From Eledone cirrhosa (taxonomy: Eukaryota): DNA of 64,000 nucleotides. The notes beneath the pieces were generated by a model, which saw only the letters and a program-made list of their open reading frames with translations, was not told the DNA's origin and ran no database searches. Below, piece by piece: positions 26,366 through 40,024 of this stretch. The stretch spans positions 100,998,001-101,062,000 of the forward strand of contig OZ024746.1 in the NCBI GenBank assembly GCA_964016885.1. The letters are read 5' to 3'. The stretch's first letter is position 1. Every line of letters begins with the position of its first letter. The position numbers and the translations under genes are program-made.

Positions 26366-27120
26366 CTGAAACAGAAGAAATTATTACATAATTACGTTTT
26401 AGTGTTATAAATCATTAAAGATTTGTTTTTTTTGTCTACCTATTGGCCTCCTTGCTCTGGATGTTATTTCATTCGCTGGTTTCCAATAATACATTAGGGC
26501 CCTATGATATTATCTGCCATCACCTAAACTCAGCATTCATTGCCTTAGGAATGATCAGTCTCAAGATCAATGTCAAGTGTTGATTGCATGTTCCTGATGG
26601 AGTCCATGGAACTCTCAGTGACAGAGTTAATATTCACATCAGACTTGGGCACAGCTGGGTATCCATCACAGATGAAACTGGTGAGGTTAAACCAATGAGA
26701 CAGAAAATGCCTGGATGGCACCACAATCTTATTCTGAGGTGGTAAATTTCTCACCTATAGCAACACTTTCTCCAATAGCAACCATGTAGATTAAGAGTCA
26801 GACCCAGGTTCTGTTGCTTGACAAGCTGTCAAATACTGACCATTCTGTGATATGTTTATCATCAAAACTATAGCAGTAGAAATATGTGGCATTCCAAACC
26901 CCTGCTCTACTGTGATCAAGACAGAGATAACCATCAACAAGCCCCACATCTCCCTCACTATCCTCCATCTTAACACATTTGTAATTCTGTCTGAGATAAC
27001 AAAGCAACATCCATCTGATGTTTGGCAAAGGATATGAGATTGTAATGTTATCAATGAATGGTTTTTATATGCTCACTGAGATGTTTAAAATACACAGCAA
27101 AGTTTCATGCTTACTTTAAC

Positions 27121-27305
27121 AGGGCGGTGGTTTGGCACTATCGACAGACACCATGCTTTGCAGCATAGAGTTATGACTCTTTGCGTTCTGAGTTCAAATG
27201 CCACCAGGTTAACTTTGCCTTTCATCCTTACGGGGTCGATAAAATAAAGTACCAGTAATGCACTGGGGTAATTGATGGCCTTGTGCCAAAAGTAGAAACA
27301 ATTAT
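27121..27305 (+). mobile_element. SINE family A
   Basis: Head, B-box GAGTTCAAAT, conserved body and tail. Confidence 0.85.
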
Positions 27306-27446
27306 TTACTTTAACAGGACAATATTGTATAAATATATTTTGTTTGCACCTGTAATTGCATATTCATCCTTAATAAATTGATGCACCTGCATTTTTAATT
27401 TTCAGAAAATGAAACAATAATAATGCTTCACTATTGAATACAAATT

Positions 27447-27655
27447 ACCAGTATTGGTAGAGGGTCGGACACCATGTTTTGCAGCATAGAGTTATGGTCC
27501 TTTACAGTCCGAGTTCAAATCCCACTGAAGATAACTTTGCCTTTCATCCTTACGGGGTCGATAAAATAAAGTACCAGTAACGTACTGAGGTTGATTTAAT
27601 CGACTTTCCCCTGCCCCCCAAATTACTGGCCTTGTGCCTATACTAGAAATCATTA
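27447..27655 (+). mobile_element. SINE family A
   Basis: As above, long-tail variant. Confidence 0.85.
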
Positions 27656-28033
27656 TTTGGGAAAATAATGGCTCTTTACACACTGAGCTGAAATCCTGCT
27701 GTAGTTAACTTTGCCTTTCCAGTGTCAATAAAATGAAGCTAACAGCTGTTTCAAGATATTCTTTATGTATATAACTAATCTATAAATTATAAAACATTGG
27801 ATTGAGATTCTTTCTCTTTTAAAAATATAATTTTTATATCATGGAAAATTTTTAAAACTGTTTTGCAGATTCTGCAAAACATAAAAGCTGAGGATATAAT
27901 TAGAAAAAGAATTAAAAAGGAATAATTTAAAATATTCTAGAGAGAACAGTGGTAAAAAAACAACTAAGTGAAGTGTTGAAATCAATATATTTTACATTTA
28001 TACCTCTCATTCTCAAGATTATCCAATATAACC

Positions 28034-28066
<33 letters not shown>

Positions 28067-28402
28067 GGGCACCCCACAATAAGAAGTATTCCTTGCATCT
28101 GCAATTTTTTTTCCAGCAAGTTCAAAGAAAATACATAATTACCAATGTAACACATTCACAACAGTTTATTTATTCATCCACTTCTGAAGAAATATGGATA
28201 AACCATATATACTCTTGTTTAAGTTATACCTTTTTTATCCTTGAAAATATGACATGAAATCCAGCATGTGAAAACTGTGTGAGTCAACTACTGAACTAAG
28301 ATGTATGTGAGGCCTGACTTATCAATGTGACTTATGAGTATTTAAAGTAAATCATCATCATCGTTTAACATCTATCTTCCACTTATATCAAGAAATCATT
28401 AC

Positions 28403-28473
28403 CTTTGCTTTTCTTTCTTTTGAATTTGTGAAATGTGAAGGACGGCTACACCATATTCTCCCAATGCACGGAA
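28403..28473 (-). CDS. Gene 1, exon 2: FRALGEYGVAVLHISQIQKKEKQ
   Basis: Acceptor ttcatttctttttttcatctattatag, donor AAG|gtaatg. 71 nt, phase 0 to 2, open in the exon-1 frame. Confidence 0.8.
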
Positions 28474-28532
28474 CTATAATAGATGAAAAAAAGAAATGAA
28501 TCCTTTTAAATGTCAATCAAAGTTTCTTCTCT

Positions 28533-28785
28533 GAAGACCTGCTGCCCAGCTCTCCCGAGAAGACCTTCTGTTGTCCAGCTCACCCGAGAAGACCTTCTGC
28601 TGCCCAGCTCTCCCGAGAAGACCTTCTGCTGCCCAGCTCACCCGAGAAGACCTTCTGCGGTCCAGCTCTCCCGAGAAGACCTTCTGCGGTCCAGCTCTCC
28701 CGAGAAGACCTTCTGCTGCCCAGCTCTCCCGAGAAGACCTTCTGCTGCCCAGCTCTCCCGAGAAGACCTTCTGCTGCCCAGCTCT
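28533..28785. repeat. GC-rich minisatellite, 29-bp unit GAAGACCTTCTGCTGCCCAGCTCTCCCGA, about 8-9 copies
   Basis: Tandem periodicity. Lies about 60 bp from the exon-2 acceptor. Confidence 0.95.
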
Positions 28786-29214
28786 GAGAGTTTCTTACCA
28801 CTTTGTATCATTATTTGGATGAACTTCCAATAAATTAAAATGTTTGTTAAATCTCCAATGCGATAGAAACTTTTAAAATTTTACAAGGTAAAAACAAACT
28901 AAAATAGAGTTTATTATGCTGTGAAGGTAGGAAATAGTAACACTAAATTTCCTCCTCCTTCCCTTTATACACAAATATACATAACATTTTTATATGAGTG
29001 TATATATGATTATGAAATTGGATGTGTGTAGAGGTCAGTATCTACTCAGAAACTAATTGTTAACTATCAAATAATAAAACCCAATTCTATGCTGCTTTTA
29101 CTATAAGAACTTTTTCACTAAAGTTGATTTCTCTCTGATGATCCGCTGGGTTTGGAGAAATTACAAGCAAGAGAATAAGGGAATATTCCAATTCAGTACT
29201 TGTAGGGGATAACA

Positions 29215-32200
29215 GGTTAGGGAGGTATGTTGGGGACTATAACTGTGTAGGGAGGTGTGTTGGGGAATATAACTGTGTAGAGAGGTGTGTTGGGGAGTAT
29301 AACTGTGTAGGGAGGTGTGTAGGGGAGTATAACTGTGTAGGGAGGTGTGTTGGGGAATATAACTGTGTAGGGAGATGTGTTGGGGAATATAACTGTGTAG
29401 GGAGATGTGTTGGGGAGTATAACTGTGTAGGGAGGTGTGTTGGGGAATATAACTGTGTAGGGAGGTGTGTTGGGGAGTATAACTGTGTAGCGAGGTGTGT
29501 TGGGGAATATAACTGTGTAGGGAGATGTGTTGGGGAGTATAACTGTGTAGGGAGGTGTGTTGGGGAATATAACTGTGTAGCGAGGTGTGTTGGGGAATAT
29601 AACTGTGTAGGGAGGTGTGTTGGGGAATATAACTATGTAGGGAGGTGTGTTGGGGAGTATAACTGTGTAGCGAGGTGTGTTGGGGAATATAACTGTGTAG
29701 GGAGATGTGTTGGGGAATATAACTGTGTAGGGAGATGTGTTGGGGAATATAACTGTGTAGCGAGGTGTGTTGGGGAATATAACTGTGTAGAGAGGTGTGT
29801 TGGGGAGTATAACTGTGTAGGGAGATGTGTAGAGGAGTACAACTGTGTAGGGAGGTGTGTTGGCGAATATAACTGTGTAGCGAGGTGTGTTGGGGAATAT
29901 AACTGTGTAACAAGGTGTGTTGGGGAATATAACTGTGTAGTGAGGTGTGTTGGGGAATATAACTGTGTAGGGAGGTGTGTAGGGGAGTATAACTGTGTAG
30001 GGAGGTGTGTTGCGGAGTATAACTGTGTAGGGAGATGTGTTGCGGAGTATAACTGTGTAGGGAGATGTGTTGGGGAGTATAACTGTGTAGGGAGGTGTGT
30101 TGGCGAATATAACTTTTAAGGGAGGTGTGTTGGGGAATATAACTGTGTAGAGAGGTGTGTTGGGGAATATAGCTGTTAAGGGAGGTGTGTTGGGGAATAT
30201 AACTGTGTAGGGAGGTGTGTTGCGGAGTATAACTGTGTAGGGGGGTGTGTTGGGGGAATATTGTGGAATATAACTGTGTAGGGAGGTGTGTTGGGGAATA
30301 TAACTGTTAAGGGAGGTGTGTTGGGGAATATAACTGTGTAGGGAGGTGTGTTGCAGAGTATAACTGTGTAGGGAGGTGTGTTGGGGAATATAACTGTGTA
30401 GGGAGGTGTGTTGGGGAATATAACTGTGTAGGGGAGTATAACTGTACGGAGGTGTGTAGGGCAGTATAACTGTGTAGGGAGGTGTGTTAGGGAATATAAC
30501 TGTGTAGGGAGGTGTGTTGGGGAGTATAACTGTTCTAGGGAGGTGTGTTGGCGAATATAACTGTGTAGCGAGGTGTGTTGGGGTATATAACTGTGTAGGG
30601 AGGTGTGTTAGGGAATATAACTGTGTACAGAAGTGTGTAGGGGAGTATAACTGTGTAGGGAGGTGTGTTGGGGAGTATAACTGTGAAGGGAGGTGTGTTG
30701 GGGAATATAACTGTGTAGGGAGATGTGTTGCGGAGTATAACTGTGTAGGGAGATGTGTTGGGGAGTATAACTGTGTAGGGAGGTGTGTTGGCGAATATAA
30801 CTTTTAAGGGAGGTGTGTTGGGGAATATAACTGTGTAGAGAGGTGTGTTGGGGAATATAGCTGTTAAGGGAGGTGTGTTGGGGAATATAACTGTGTAGGG
30901 AGGTGTGTTGCGGAGTATAACTGTGTAGGGGGGTGTGTTGGGGGAATATTGTGGAATATAACTGTGTAGGGAGGTGTGTTGGGGAATATAACTGTTAAGG
31001 GAGGTGTGTTGGGGAATATAACTGTGTAGGGAGGTGTGTTGCAGAGTATAACTGTGTAGGGAGGTGTGTTGGGGAATATAACTGTGTAGGGAGGTGTGTT
31101 GGGGAATATAACTGTGTAGGGGAGTATAACTATACGGAGGTGTGTAGGGCAGTATAACTGTGTAGGGAGGTGTGTTAGGGAATATAACTGTGTAGGGAGG
31201 TGTGTTGGGGAATATAACTGTGTAGCGAGGTGTGTTGGGGAATATAACTGTGTAGAGAGGTGTGTTGGGGAGTATAACTGTGTAGGGAGATGTGTAGAGG
31301 AGTACAACTGTGTAGGGAGGTGTGTTGGCGAATATAACTGTGTAGCGAGGTGTGTTGGGGAATATAACTGTGTAACAAGGTGTGTTGGGGAATATAACTG
31401 TGTAGTGAGGTGTGTTGGGGAATATAACTGTGTAGGGAGGTGTGTAGGGGAGTATAACTGTGTAGGGAGGTGTGTTGCGGAGTATAACTGTGTAGGGAGA
31501 TGTGTTGCGGAGTATAACTGTGTAGGGAGATGTGTTGGGGAGTATAACTGTGTAGGGAGGTGTGTTGGCGAATATAACTTTTAAGGGAGGTGTGTTGGGG
31601 AATATAACTGTGTAGAGAGGTGTGTTGGGGAATATAGCTGTTAAGGGAGGTGTGTTGGGGAATATAACTGTGTAGGGAGGTGTGTTGCGGAGTATAACTG
31701 TGTAGGGGGGTGTGTTGGGGGAATATTGTGGAATATAACTGTGTAGGGAGGTGTGTTGGGGAATATAACTGTTAAGGGAGGTGTGTTGGGGAATATAACT
31801 GTGTAGGGAGGTGTGTTGCAGAGTATAACTGTGTAGGGAGGTGTGTTGGGGAATATAACTGTGTAGGGAGGTGTGTTGGGGAATATAACTGTGTAGGGGA
31901 GTATAACTGTACGGAGGTGTGTAGGGCAGTATAACTGTGTAGGGAGGTGTGTTAGGGAATATAACTGTGTAGGGAGGTGTGTTGGGGAGTATAACTGTTC
32001 TAGGGAGGTGTGTTGGCGAATATAACTGTGTAGCGAGGTGTGTTGGGGTATATAACTGTGTAGGGAGGTGTGTTAGGGAATATAACTGTGTACAGAAGTG
32101 TGTAGGGGAGTATAACTGTGTAGGGAGGTGTGTTGGGGAGTATAACTGTGAAGGGAGGTGTGTTGGGGAATATAACTGTGTAGGGAGATGTGTTGCGGAG

Positions 32201-34500
32201 TATAACTGTGTAGGGAGATGTGTTGGGGAGTATAACTGTGTAGGGAGGTGTGTTGGCGAATATAACTTTTAAGGGAGGTGTGTTGGGGAATATAACTGTG
32301 TAGAGAGGTGTGTTGGGGAATATAGCTGTTAAGGGAGGTGTGTTGGGGAATATAACTGTGTAGGGAGGTGTGTTGCGGAGTATAACTGTGTAGGGGGGTG
32401 TGTTGGGGGAATATTGTGGAATATAACTGTGTAGGGAGGTGTGTTGGGGAATATAACTGTTAAGGGAGGTGTGTTGGGGAATATAACTGTGTAGGGAGGT
32501 GTGTTGCAGAGTATAACTGTGTAGGGAGGTGTGTTGGGGAATATAACTGTGTAGGGAGGTGTGTTGGGGAATATAACTGTGTAGGGGAGTATAACTGTAC
32601 GGAGGTGTGTAGGGCAGTATAACTGTGTAGGGAGGTGTGTTAGGGAATATAACTGTGTAGGGAGGTGTGTTGGGGAGTATAACTGTTCTAGGGAGGTGTG
32701 TTGGCGAATATAACTGTGTAGCGAGGTGTGTTGGGGTATATAACTGTGTAGGGAGGTGTGTTGGATAATATAACTGTGTAGGGAGGTGTGTTGGGTAATA
32801 GAACTGTGTAGCGAGTTGTGTTGGGGAGTATAACTATGTAGGGTGGTGTGTTGGGGAATATAACTCTGTAGCGAGGTGTGTTGGGGAATATAACTGTGTA
32901 GGGAGGTGTGTTGGGGAGTATAACTGTGTAGGGAGGTGTGTTGGGGAGTATAACTGTAGGGAGGTGTGTTAGGGAATATAACTGTGTAGGGAGGTGTGTT
33001 GGGGAGTATAACTGTGTACAGAAGTGTGTAGGGGAGTATAACTGTGTAGGGAGGTGTGTTGGGGAGTATAATTGTGTAGGAAGGTGTGTAGGGGAGTATA
33101 ACTGTGTAGGGAGGTGTGTTGGGGAATATAACTGTGTAGGGGAGTATAACTGTGTAGGGAGGTGTGTTGGGGAGTATAATTGTGTAGGAAGGTGTGTAGG
33201 GGAGTATAACTGTGTAGGGAGGTGTGTTGGGGAGTATAACTGTGTAGAGATGTGTGTTGGGGAATATAACTGTGTAGGGGAGTATAACTGTGTAGGGAGG
33301 TGTGTTGGCGAATATAACTGTGTCAGGAGGTATGTTGGGGAATATAACTGTGTAGGGTGGTGTGTTGGCGAATATAACTGTGTAGGGAGGTGTGTTGAGG
33401 AATATAACTGTGTAGGGGAGTATAACTGTGTAGGGAGGTGTGTTGGGGAGTATAACTGTGAAGGGAGGTGTGTTGGGGAATATAACTGTGTAGGGAGGTG
33501 TGTTGGGGAATATAACTGTGTAGGGAGGTGTGTTGGGGAATATAACTGTGTAGGGGAGTATAACTGTGTAGGGAGGTGTGTAGGGGAGTATAACTGTGTA
33601 GGGAGATGTGTTGTGGAGTATAACTGTGTAGGGAGATGTATTGGGGAGTATAACTGTGTAGGGAGGTGTGTTGGCGAATATAACTTTTAAGGGAGGTGTG
33701 TTGGGGAATATAACAGTGTTGGGAGGTGTGTTGCAGAGTATAACTGTGTAGGGAGGTGTGTTGGGGAATATAACTGTGTAGGGAGGTGTGTTGGGGAGTA
33801 TAACTGTATGGAGGTGTGTAGGGCAGTATAACTGTGTAGGGAATATAACTGTGTAGGGAGGTGTGTTGGGGAGTATAACAGTGTAGGGAGGTGTGTTGGC
33901 GAATATAACTGTGTAGCAAGGTGTGTTGGCGAATATAACTGTGTAGCAAGGTGTGTTGGCGAATATAACTATGTAGGGAGGTGTGTTGGGGAATATAACT
34001 GTGTAGGGAGGTGTGTTGGGGAGTATAACTGTGTAGGGAGGTGTGTTGGGGAGTATAACTGTGTAGGGAGGTGTGTTGGGGAGTATAACTGTGTAGGGAG
34101 GTGTGTTAGGGAATATAACTGTGTACAGAAGTGTGTAGGGGAGTATAACTGTGTAGGGAGGTGTGTTGGGGAGTATAACTGTGAAGGGAGGTGTGTTGGG
34201 GAATATAACTGTGTAGGGAGGTGTGTTGGGGAATATAACTGTGTAGGGAGGTGTGTTGGGGAATATAACTGTGTAGGGAGGTGTGTTGGGGAATATAACT
34301 GTGTAGGGAGGTGTGTTGGGGAATATAACTGTGTAGGGGAGTATAACTGTGTAGGGAGGTGTGTTGGCGTATATAACTGTGTAGGGAGGTGTGTTGGGGA
34401 ATATAACTGTGTAGGGGAGTATAACTGTGAAGGGAGGTGTGTTGGGGAATATAACTGTGTAGGGAGGTGTGTTGGGGAATATAACTGTGTAGGGGAGTAT
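29215..34500. repeat. About 5.3-kb G-rich minisatellite, 30-bp unit AACTGTGTAGGGAGGTGTGTTGGGGA(A/G)TAT, with higher-order duplications
   Basis: Tandem periodicity. Identical variant blocks recur 1465 bp apart (identical ORFs at 30514 and 31979). Confidence 0.97.
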
Positions 34501-34529
34501 AAGAAATCATTCTTCAAATCTCATCTCTT

Positions 34530-37500
34530 CCTAGTGTTTCCTAATACTCCAAACATCTCGATCGTGTATCATTGTCAGGTCCAATTGTGTAAGGTCAGCT
34601 TTTATCACCTTGTCCCAGGTCTTCCTGGGTCATCCTACTCCATAGCTTCCATCAATTTTGATCATCCTGCACCTTTTTATACAGCTGTGATCCTTCATAC
34701 ACATCACATGTCCATACCAACGCAATCTCCTCTCTAGTACACTGAATCTGATCCCCCTTATGCCTAATTTCTCTTTTAGTTCAGTTATGCTTTGCCATTC
34801 GTGTATATTTCTATTACATATCCATCGGAACATGCGTGCTTCATTTCTTTCCAATCTTCTTAGGTCCTCTGTGCACAGTGCCCAGGTCTCACTATCATGT
34901 ACCATTGCTGGCGTTACACAATAATACAGAAGACCCGACTTCCCATGGGTGAAGCTGAAGCATATAGATATTATGACCCCAGCCCGCCCACTGTAAAGTG
35001 GTCGCGTAGGTGTCACAACAAAAAAAGCACCCAGCCCACACTGTAAATGAGGTTGGTGTTAGGAAGGGCATCCAGCTGTAGAAATCAAGCCCAAATCAGT
35101 TCTGTATGAATAAGACAAGGTCACCTGACCTGGCATTGCCCACAACAGGACAACCCGTCTAACCCATGCTAGTTTGGAAGAATGGAGGTAAAACGGTGAT
35201 GATGATACACGCATCGTACAGTTTTCCTTTCAATTTAAGGGAGAAACCTTTTGTAGCTAGGAGTGGTAGTAGCTCCCTGCACTTCTTCCATCCTTTTCTT
35301 ACTCTGGCTACTGTACTTTTGGGACACCTTCCTCCACAGCTGATTACATCACCAGAGTAACGGAAAGAGTCGACTATTTCTATAGAACCATCAGGGCAGT
35401 TGGAGGAGCTAGTATCCTGTGGTCACTTGCTACTTACTGCACCTGAGTATCGGCCACATATAAAACCTATGTTCTTTGATAGCCTGCCTGTGATCCCACT
35501 TACATCTTTTATTTACCCATAGCTTGCATTTGGGGCATAGAATGAAATTTCTACCTACTCCTTTCCTGCACATTGAGCAAGGCCATTTCCCAGAGGGGAT
35601 CTGGGTCCTATTTTCCTTTCTACATACTATAACTTTAGTCTTTGACAAGTTAACTTTAAAACCTTTTGATTCTAAGCCATGCTGCTATGTTTGGCATTTC
35701 TTCTCGAAATCTGCCATAGTTTCAGCTGTGAGGGTTAGATCATCAGCATACAGAAGTTCCCAGGGGCAGCCAGACTTAAACTCTTCTGTTATAGCCTCTA
35801 GGGTAATAATAAACAGGAGAGGGCTAAGAAAAGAGCCTTGATGAACACCTACTTTTACACTAAATTCTTTACTATACTCATTGTTAATTCTAACCTTACT
35901 GACTGCTCCTCTATACATGGCTAGTGTAGCTTTCACAAGCCACTCATCTACTCCTAGTTTCCTAAGAGCCCACCAGATAATGGAACAGGGGACTCTGTCA
36001 AAGGCTTTCTCCAAGCCAACAAAAGCTAAGTAGAGGGGTTTACTTTTATCTAGGTACTTCTGCAGTTACCTCACAAGGAAGAGGGCATCTGTGGTACTTT
36101 TACCTGGCACAAATCCAAATTGCATCTCATCTAGGTTAACTCCCTAATCAGCTATGCTATAACACTTTCTGTGACCTTTATGACCTCGTCAACCAACTTA
36201 ATGTCTCTATAGTTTTCTCTATCTAGAGCATCTCCTTTGCCCTTGACAACGATGCTGCTACACCAGTCATTTTGTATTAGTTTACAATATGGTGGTTAAG
36301 GTGTGACCCACCATTCCAGATGCTTTCAACGTCTCAGCAACTATCCCCAAAGGTCCAGCTGCCTTGCCTGTCTTCCTATCCTTGATTGCCTTAGTTACTA
36401 CTAACCTGCACAGCCAGTCCCTCAGACCAACTTGGGGTAAACTATCTTCTTCCCATTCATCCGTCTTTCATAGTGGCACTTCCATGCTACCTTCTTTTCA
36501 GCATCAGTGAAGGGACTCTGTTATCATCACGGACACACTTCTCTCCATCAACATCACAATTTTCCTTGACACATTGTCTTGCAATCCTGAACACCTCATG
36601 CATTGCAGAACATGCTTAAATGTTTTATTTTCCACTTCCCTTCTTGCAAAGTACACTTGTTGTCTAGCTTCCCTCCTAGCCACCTGGTAGTGTTCTCTAC
36701 TTCCACCATTCTTTCCAAGCCCACCTTTTGGCCTTAATTGTCTCCTCCACCCTACTGTTCGGCCACCAAGTCACTCTTCTTCTCCCCAGAGACCTACTCC
36801 AACCACAAATTTCATTTGTCGCCTTCAGCAGGTTATCTTTCAGGAATTCCCATTGTTCCCCTATATAGTATATCTCTATTTGCGCTTTCTTACTGTCAAA
36901 AGCATCAAGTAACATACCTCTAAATTTGTTACTGACTGTCTGTCTCATCTTCTGGTAAGAATAAAATCTATCTGGCTGGTGTGCTCCCCTGATCTCTAGG
37001 TGATCAAGTGATTTTCTCGTTTTTTTAAAGTTTGTTACAGATAGTTAGGTTATTAGCATCAATGAATCTCAGTAGCCTGAAACCTTCCTTATTTCTAGTA
37101 CCAACCCATAACCTCCATGGATTCCATCATAGCCATCACAATATTGTCCAACATGACCATTAAGATCACCAGCAATAATTATGTAGTCACTGTTGGTTAT
37201 TTAGGAAGTAGTGAGCATTAGGGTCTCATAGAACCTGTCTTTTATAACATCTGGTAGACCAGATTGAGGTGCATAAACGGATATAATTGACACGGTTGTT
37301 CTAATTAGAACTAGTCAGATTTTAATGATTCTGTCGTTCACTCTATTTAAAGCAATTACCTTATCTACCCATTTTTCTGCTAACATAATTCCTATTCCAC
37401 CCAGCCTGTTGTCATAACCCGCCCAGAAAAATTCATAGCATCCTTTTTTGCCTACAATGAATCTAGCTGACCCTCCCCTCCATCTGGTTTCTTGTATACA

Positions 37501-37560
37501 GCAAACAACTTTGTTTCGTTCAAGCATCTCTACAATGTGCCTTCATTCATGGTGCCAACT
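34530..37560 (-). mobile_element. Decayed RTE LINE interrupted by an opposite-strand RTE 3' end (about 34908-35204)
   Basis: CCIQETRWRG, EKAFDRVP, LLYADD, GKWPCSMC. The frame reading ..KLYDACI resumes as ..AMVHDSETWAL on the far side of the insert. Confidence 0.9.
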
Positions 37561-37624
37561 GTAAAGTTATGGAGTTCACTGGGAGAGAGGGCGGAAGAAG
37601 AGGATGGAGGAGGGTCAGGGCGAC

Positions 37625-37830
37625 ATCTTTGTCACCGTTTTACGTCCATTCTTCCACCCTAGCATGGGTTAGACAAATTGTCCTGTTGTGGGAAATGCTA
37701 GGACAGGTGACCATGTCTTGCTCATACAGAACTGATTTTAGCTTGGTTTCTACAGCTTGATGCCCTTCCCAATGCCAACCTCATTTACAGTGAGTATTGG
37801 GTGTTTTTTTGTTGACAACTTTACAGTATT
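37625..37830 (-). mobile_element. 5'-truncated RTE 3'UTR / SINE tail fragment
   Basis: Reverse complement of the 3'UTR seen at 35030-35200. Confidence 0.7.
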
Positions 37831-37834
37831 TCAC

Positions 37835-38960
37835 TTATCCCCAAGGGATAAGTGAAATACTGAATGAACAGTACAAAAGTGTGTTAATACCCCCATTGAG
37901 GCACATGTAAATAAAGCCAGAGGATTTCTTTGGTGCCACAACACTCCACGAATAAATGGCGACTATCAACCACATAGACATAACAGAGGAGGATGAGATA
38001 GCGACCATAAAAGAAATTAGAACAGACTCAGCTGCTGATGGATTCCCAGCAGTCCTCCTAAAAACATGTAAGCATGCCTTAGCAAGACCACTGAAGATCC
38101 TCTTCAGAAGTTTGTTGGCTAGCAGTAGATTACCCAGAGAGCTGAAAGAAGGCACAATATGCTCTATCCATAAAGGAGGAAGCAGAGTGGAGGCCAAAAA
38201 CTACAGGCCAGTCTCCCTGACGTCACATATCAGTAAGGTCATGGAGCGAATTATCAGAAAGAAACTGATCATGTTCCTCGAGGAAAATGACCGCCAAACT
38301 AGCACACAGCATGGCTTTCGCCCAGCTGTTAGATCACTACGACTGGGTACTGAAACAACTGCTGGACAGCTCACATGTGGACGTGATATATTTTGACTTT
38401 GCAAAGGCCTTTGACAAGGTTGACCACACAATGAGATGTCACAAACTACACAGATTCGGCATAACTGGAAAAGTAGGTGAGTGACTGAATGATTTCTTAT
38501 AAGACAGAAGCCAGACAGTATCAAACTAACCACAGAGCTTGAGGCAATCCAAAGAAGCTACACCAAGAGGATTGCCATGATGAAGGAGATGAGCAACTGG
38601 GAGAGGCTAAAAGAACTGAAACTCTACTCCTTGGAGCGAAGACGGGAGAGATACGCAGTGATATACATATGGCAGATCCTGGAGGAACTAACACCAAACT
38701 TTGGCATTGAGAACTGGACCAAACCCTGAACAGGATATCACTGTGTGGTGCCAAGGGTCCCGTCTTTCACATCTAGAATAAGGAGCAGATATTGCAATAG
38801 CCTGGGGTTCAAAGGCCTTTAACTCTTCAACAAGCTGCCAAGAAATTTGAGAGATCTGCATGGTGTGGATGTTCCAGATGAGCCCACACCATGGTATGGA
38901 GGTAATCTAAGGGCGGCAGCAGCGAACTCCCTCTTACACCAATGGCCAGCCAACACAGGC
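37835..38960 (+). mobile_element. CR1-group LINE RT fragment with internal deletion
   Basis: KNYRPVSLTSHISKVMERII, QHGFR, DVIYFDFAKAFDKVDH, ERLKELKLYSLERRRER, FNKLPRNLRD. Confidence 0.8.
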
Positions 38961-39151
38961 TGGAGATAGAGCGTGTAGCAACAAGGGCGGTGCTCCAGCA
39001 TACCCTCAGTCGGATGGCTGGAACAGGTAAAAGAGATATATACGGCAATGAAGTAAACATTACAATACAATACGAGGAAACAAAATAGTATCATTGATGA
39101 TGTCATAGGTGTGTGATGAAAGAACTCTGAGAGTCTATATATATATATAGT

Positions 39152-39480
39152 TTCATTTTACGTCCGCTTTTTCCCTGCTTGCAAGGGTGGGACGGGAACT
39201 GATTCTGGCTTGATTTCTACAGCTGGATGCCCTTCCTAACACCAACCTCATTTACAGTGAGTGGTGGGTGCTTTTTTTGCCGTGGCACCTCCACAACCAC
39301 TTTGCAGTGGAATGATATGGACCCCAGTCCCATCATCTCATTTCTACAGCTGAGTAAACTGGAGCCATGTGAAATAAAGTGTCTTGCTCAAGGAAACAAC
39401 ACATCACCCGGTCTGAGAATTGAACTCACAACCTTTTGATTGCAAGGCCAATGCTCTAACCACTAAGCCATGTGCCTCCA
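39152..39480 (-). mobile_element. tRNA-derived SINE, family B (CORE-like centre, RTE-type tail)
   Basis: Near-identical reverse complement of 61487-61820. Confidence 0.85.
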
Positions 39481-39679
39481 TTATATATATATATATATTT
39501 TTTTTTTTTTAACTGTTGATGAATCATCGATAAACATTGATTGCCAACTAAATTAACTATAGGGATATAAAATATACAGAAGCAAAAACCAACCCAAACC
39601 AAACAATGAGTGTGTTTTGTTATATATTTCTGGCAACATTATAACACTGTGACCTCCCCCAAATATATCAATATATATA

Positions 39680-40023
39680 TAAGAGTAAACTTAGCCAAAA
39701 CTAAAATGTTAGTGAGTAGGAAAGAAGACAGGACCCTGATTCCTTCAGGGAAGTGGCCCTGCTCAGTATGCAGGAAGGGAGTAGGCATAAATTTCATTCG
39801 ATGAACAATGTAAATCTTGGGTACACACGAGATGTAGTGGGATAACAAGAAGGGAAGACTTTGTTTGTGGAAGATGTACAGAGGTAACTGAGGGGGAATA
39901 TAACCAGTGATGTAAACCTATTCTAGTCACAGTAAAGACCCTTAGATGTGGTTGATAGCTTCTGCTATCTAGGTGACATAATTAGCAATGGAGGAGGGTG
40001 CTCCGAGAGCATAATAGCTAGAA
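39680..40023 (+). mobile_element. RTE RT fragment including the PHD-like insert
   Basis: RVNLAKTKMLV..GKWPCSVCRKGVG..VDSFCYLGD. Confidence 0.75.
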
Positions 40024-40024
40024 T

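Noticed and set aside
28533-28785. CRISPR-like repeat of about 29 bp (also considered for 23455-23850 and 56583-58008)
   Set aside because: Units are contiguous with no unique spacers, there are no cas genes, and the context is eukaryotic.
29161-34517. Cys-rich (GEYNCVGRCV)n and His-rich (HSYIPQHTSL)n ORFs
   Set aside because: Translations of the 30-bp minisatellite, broken by frameshifts and stops, with no splice support.
34530-35204. Apparent twin-priming 5' inversion of an RTE
   Set aside because: The minus-strand frame continues across the plus-strand piece into 35205-37560, so it is a nested insertion.
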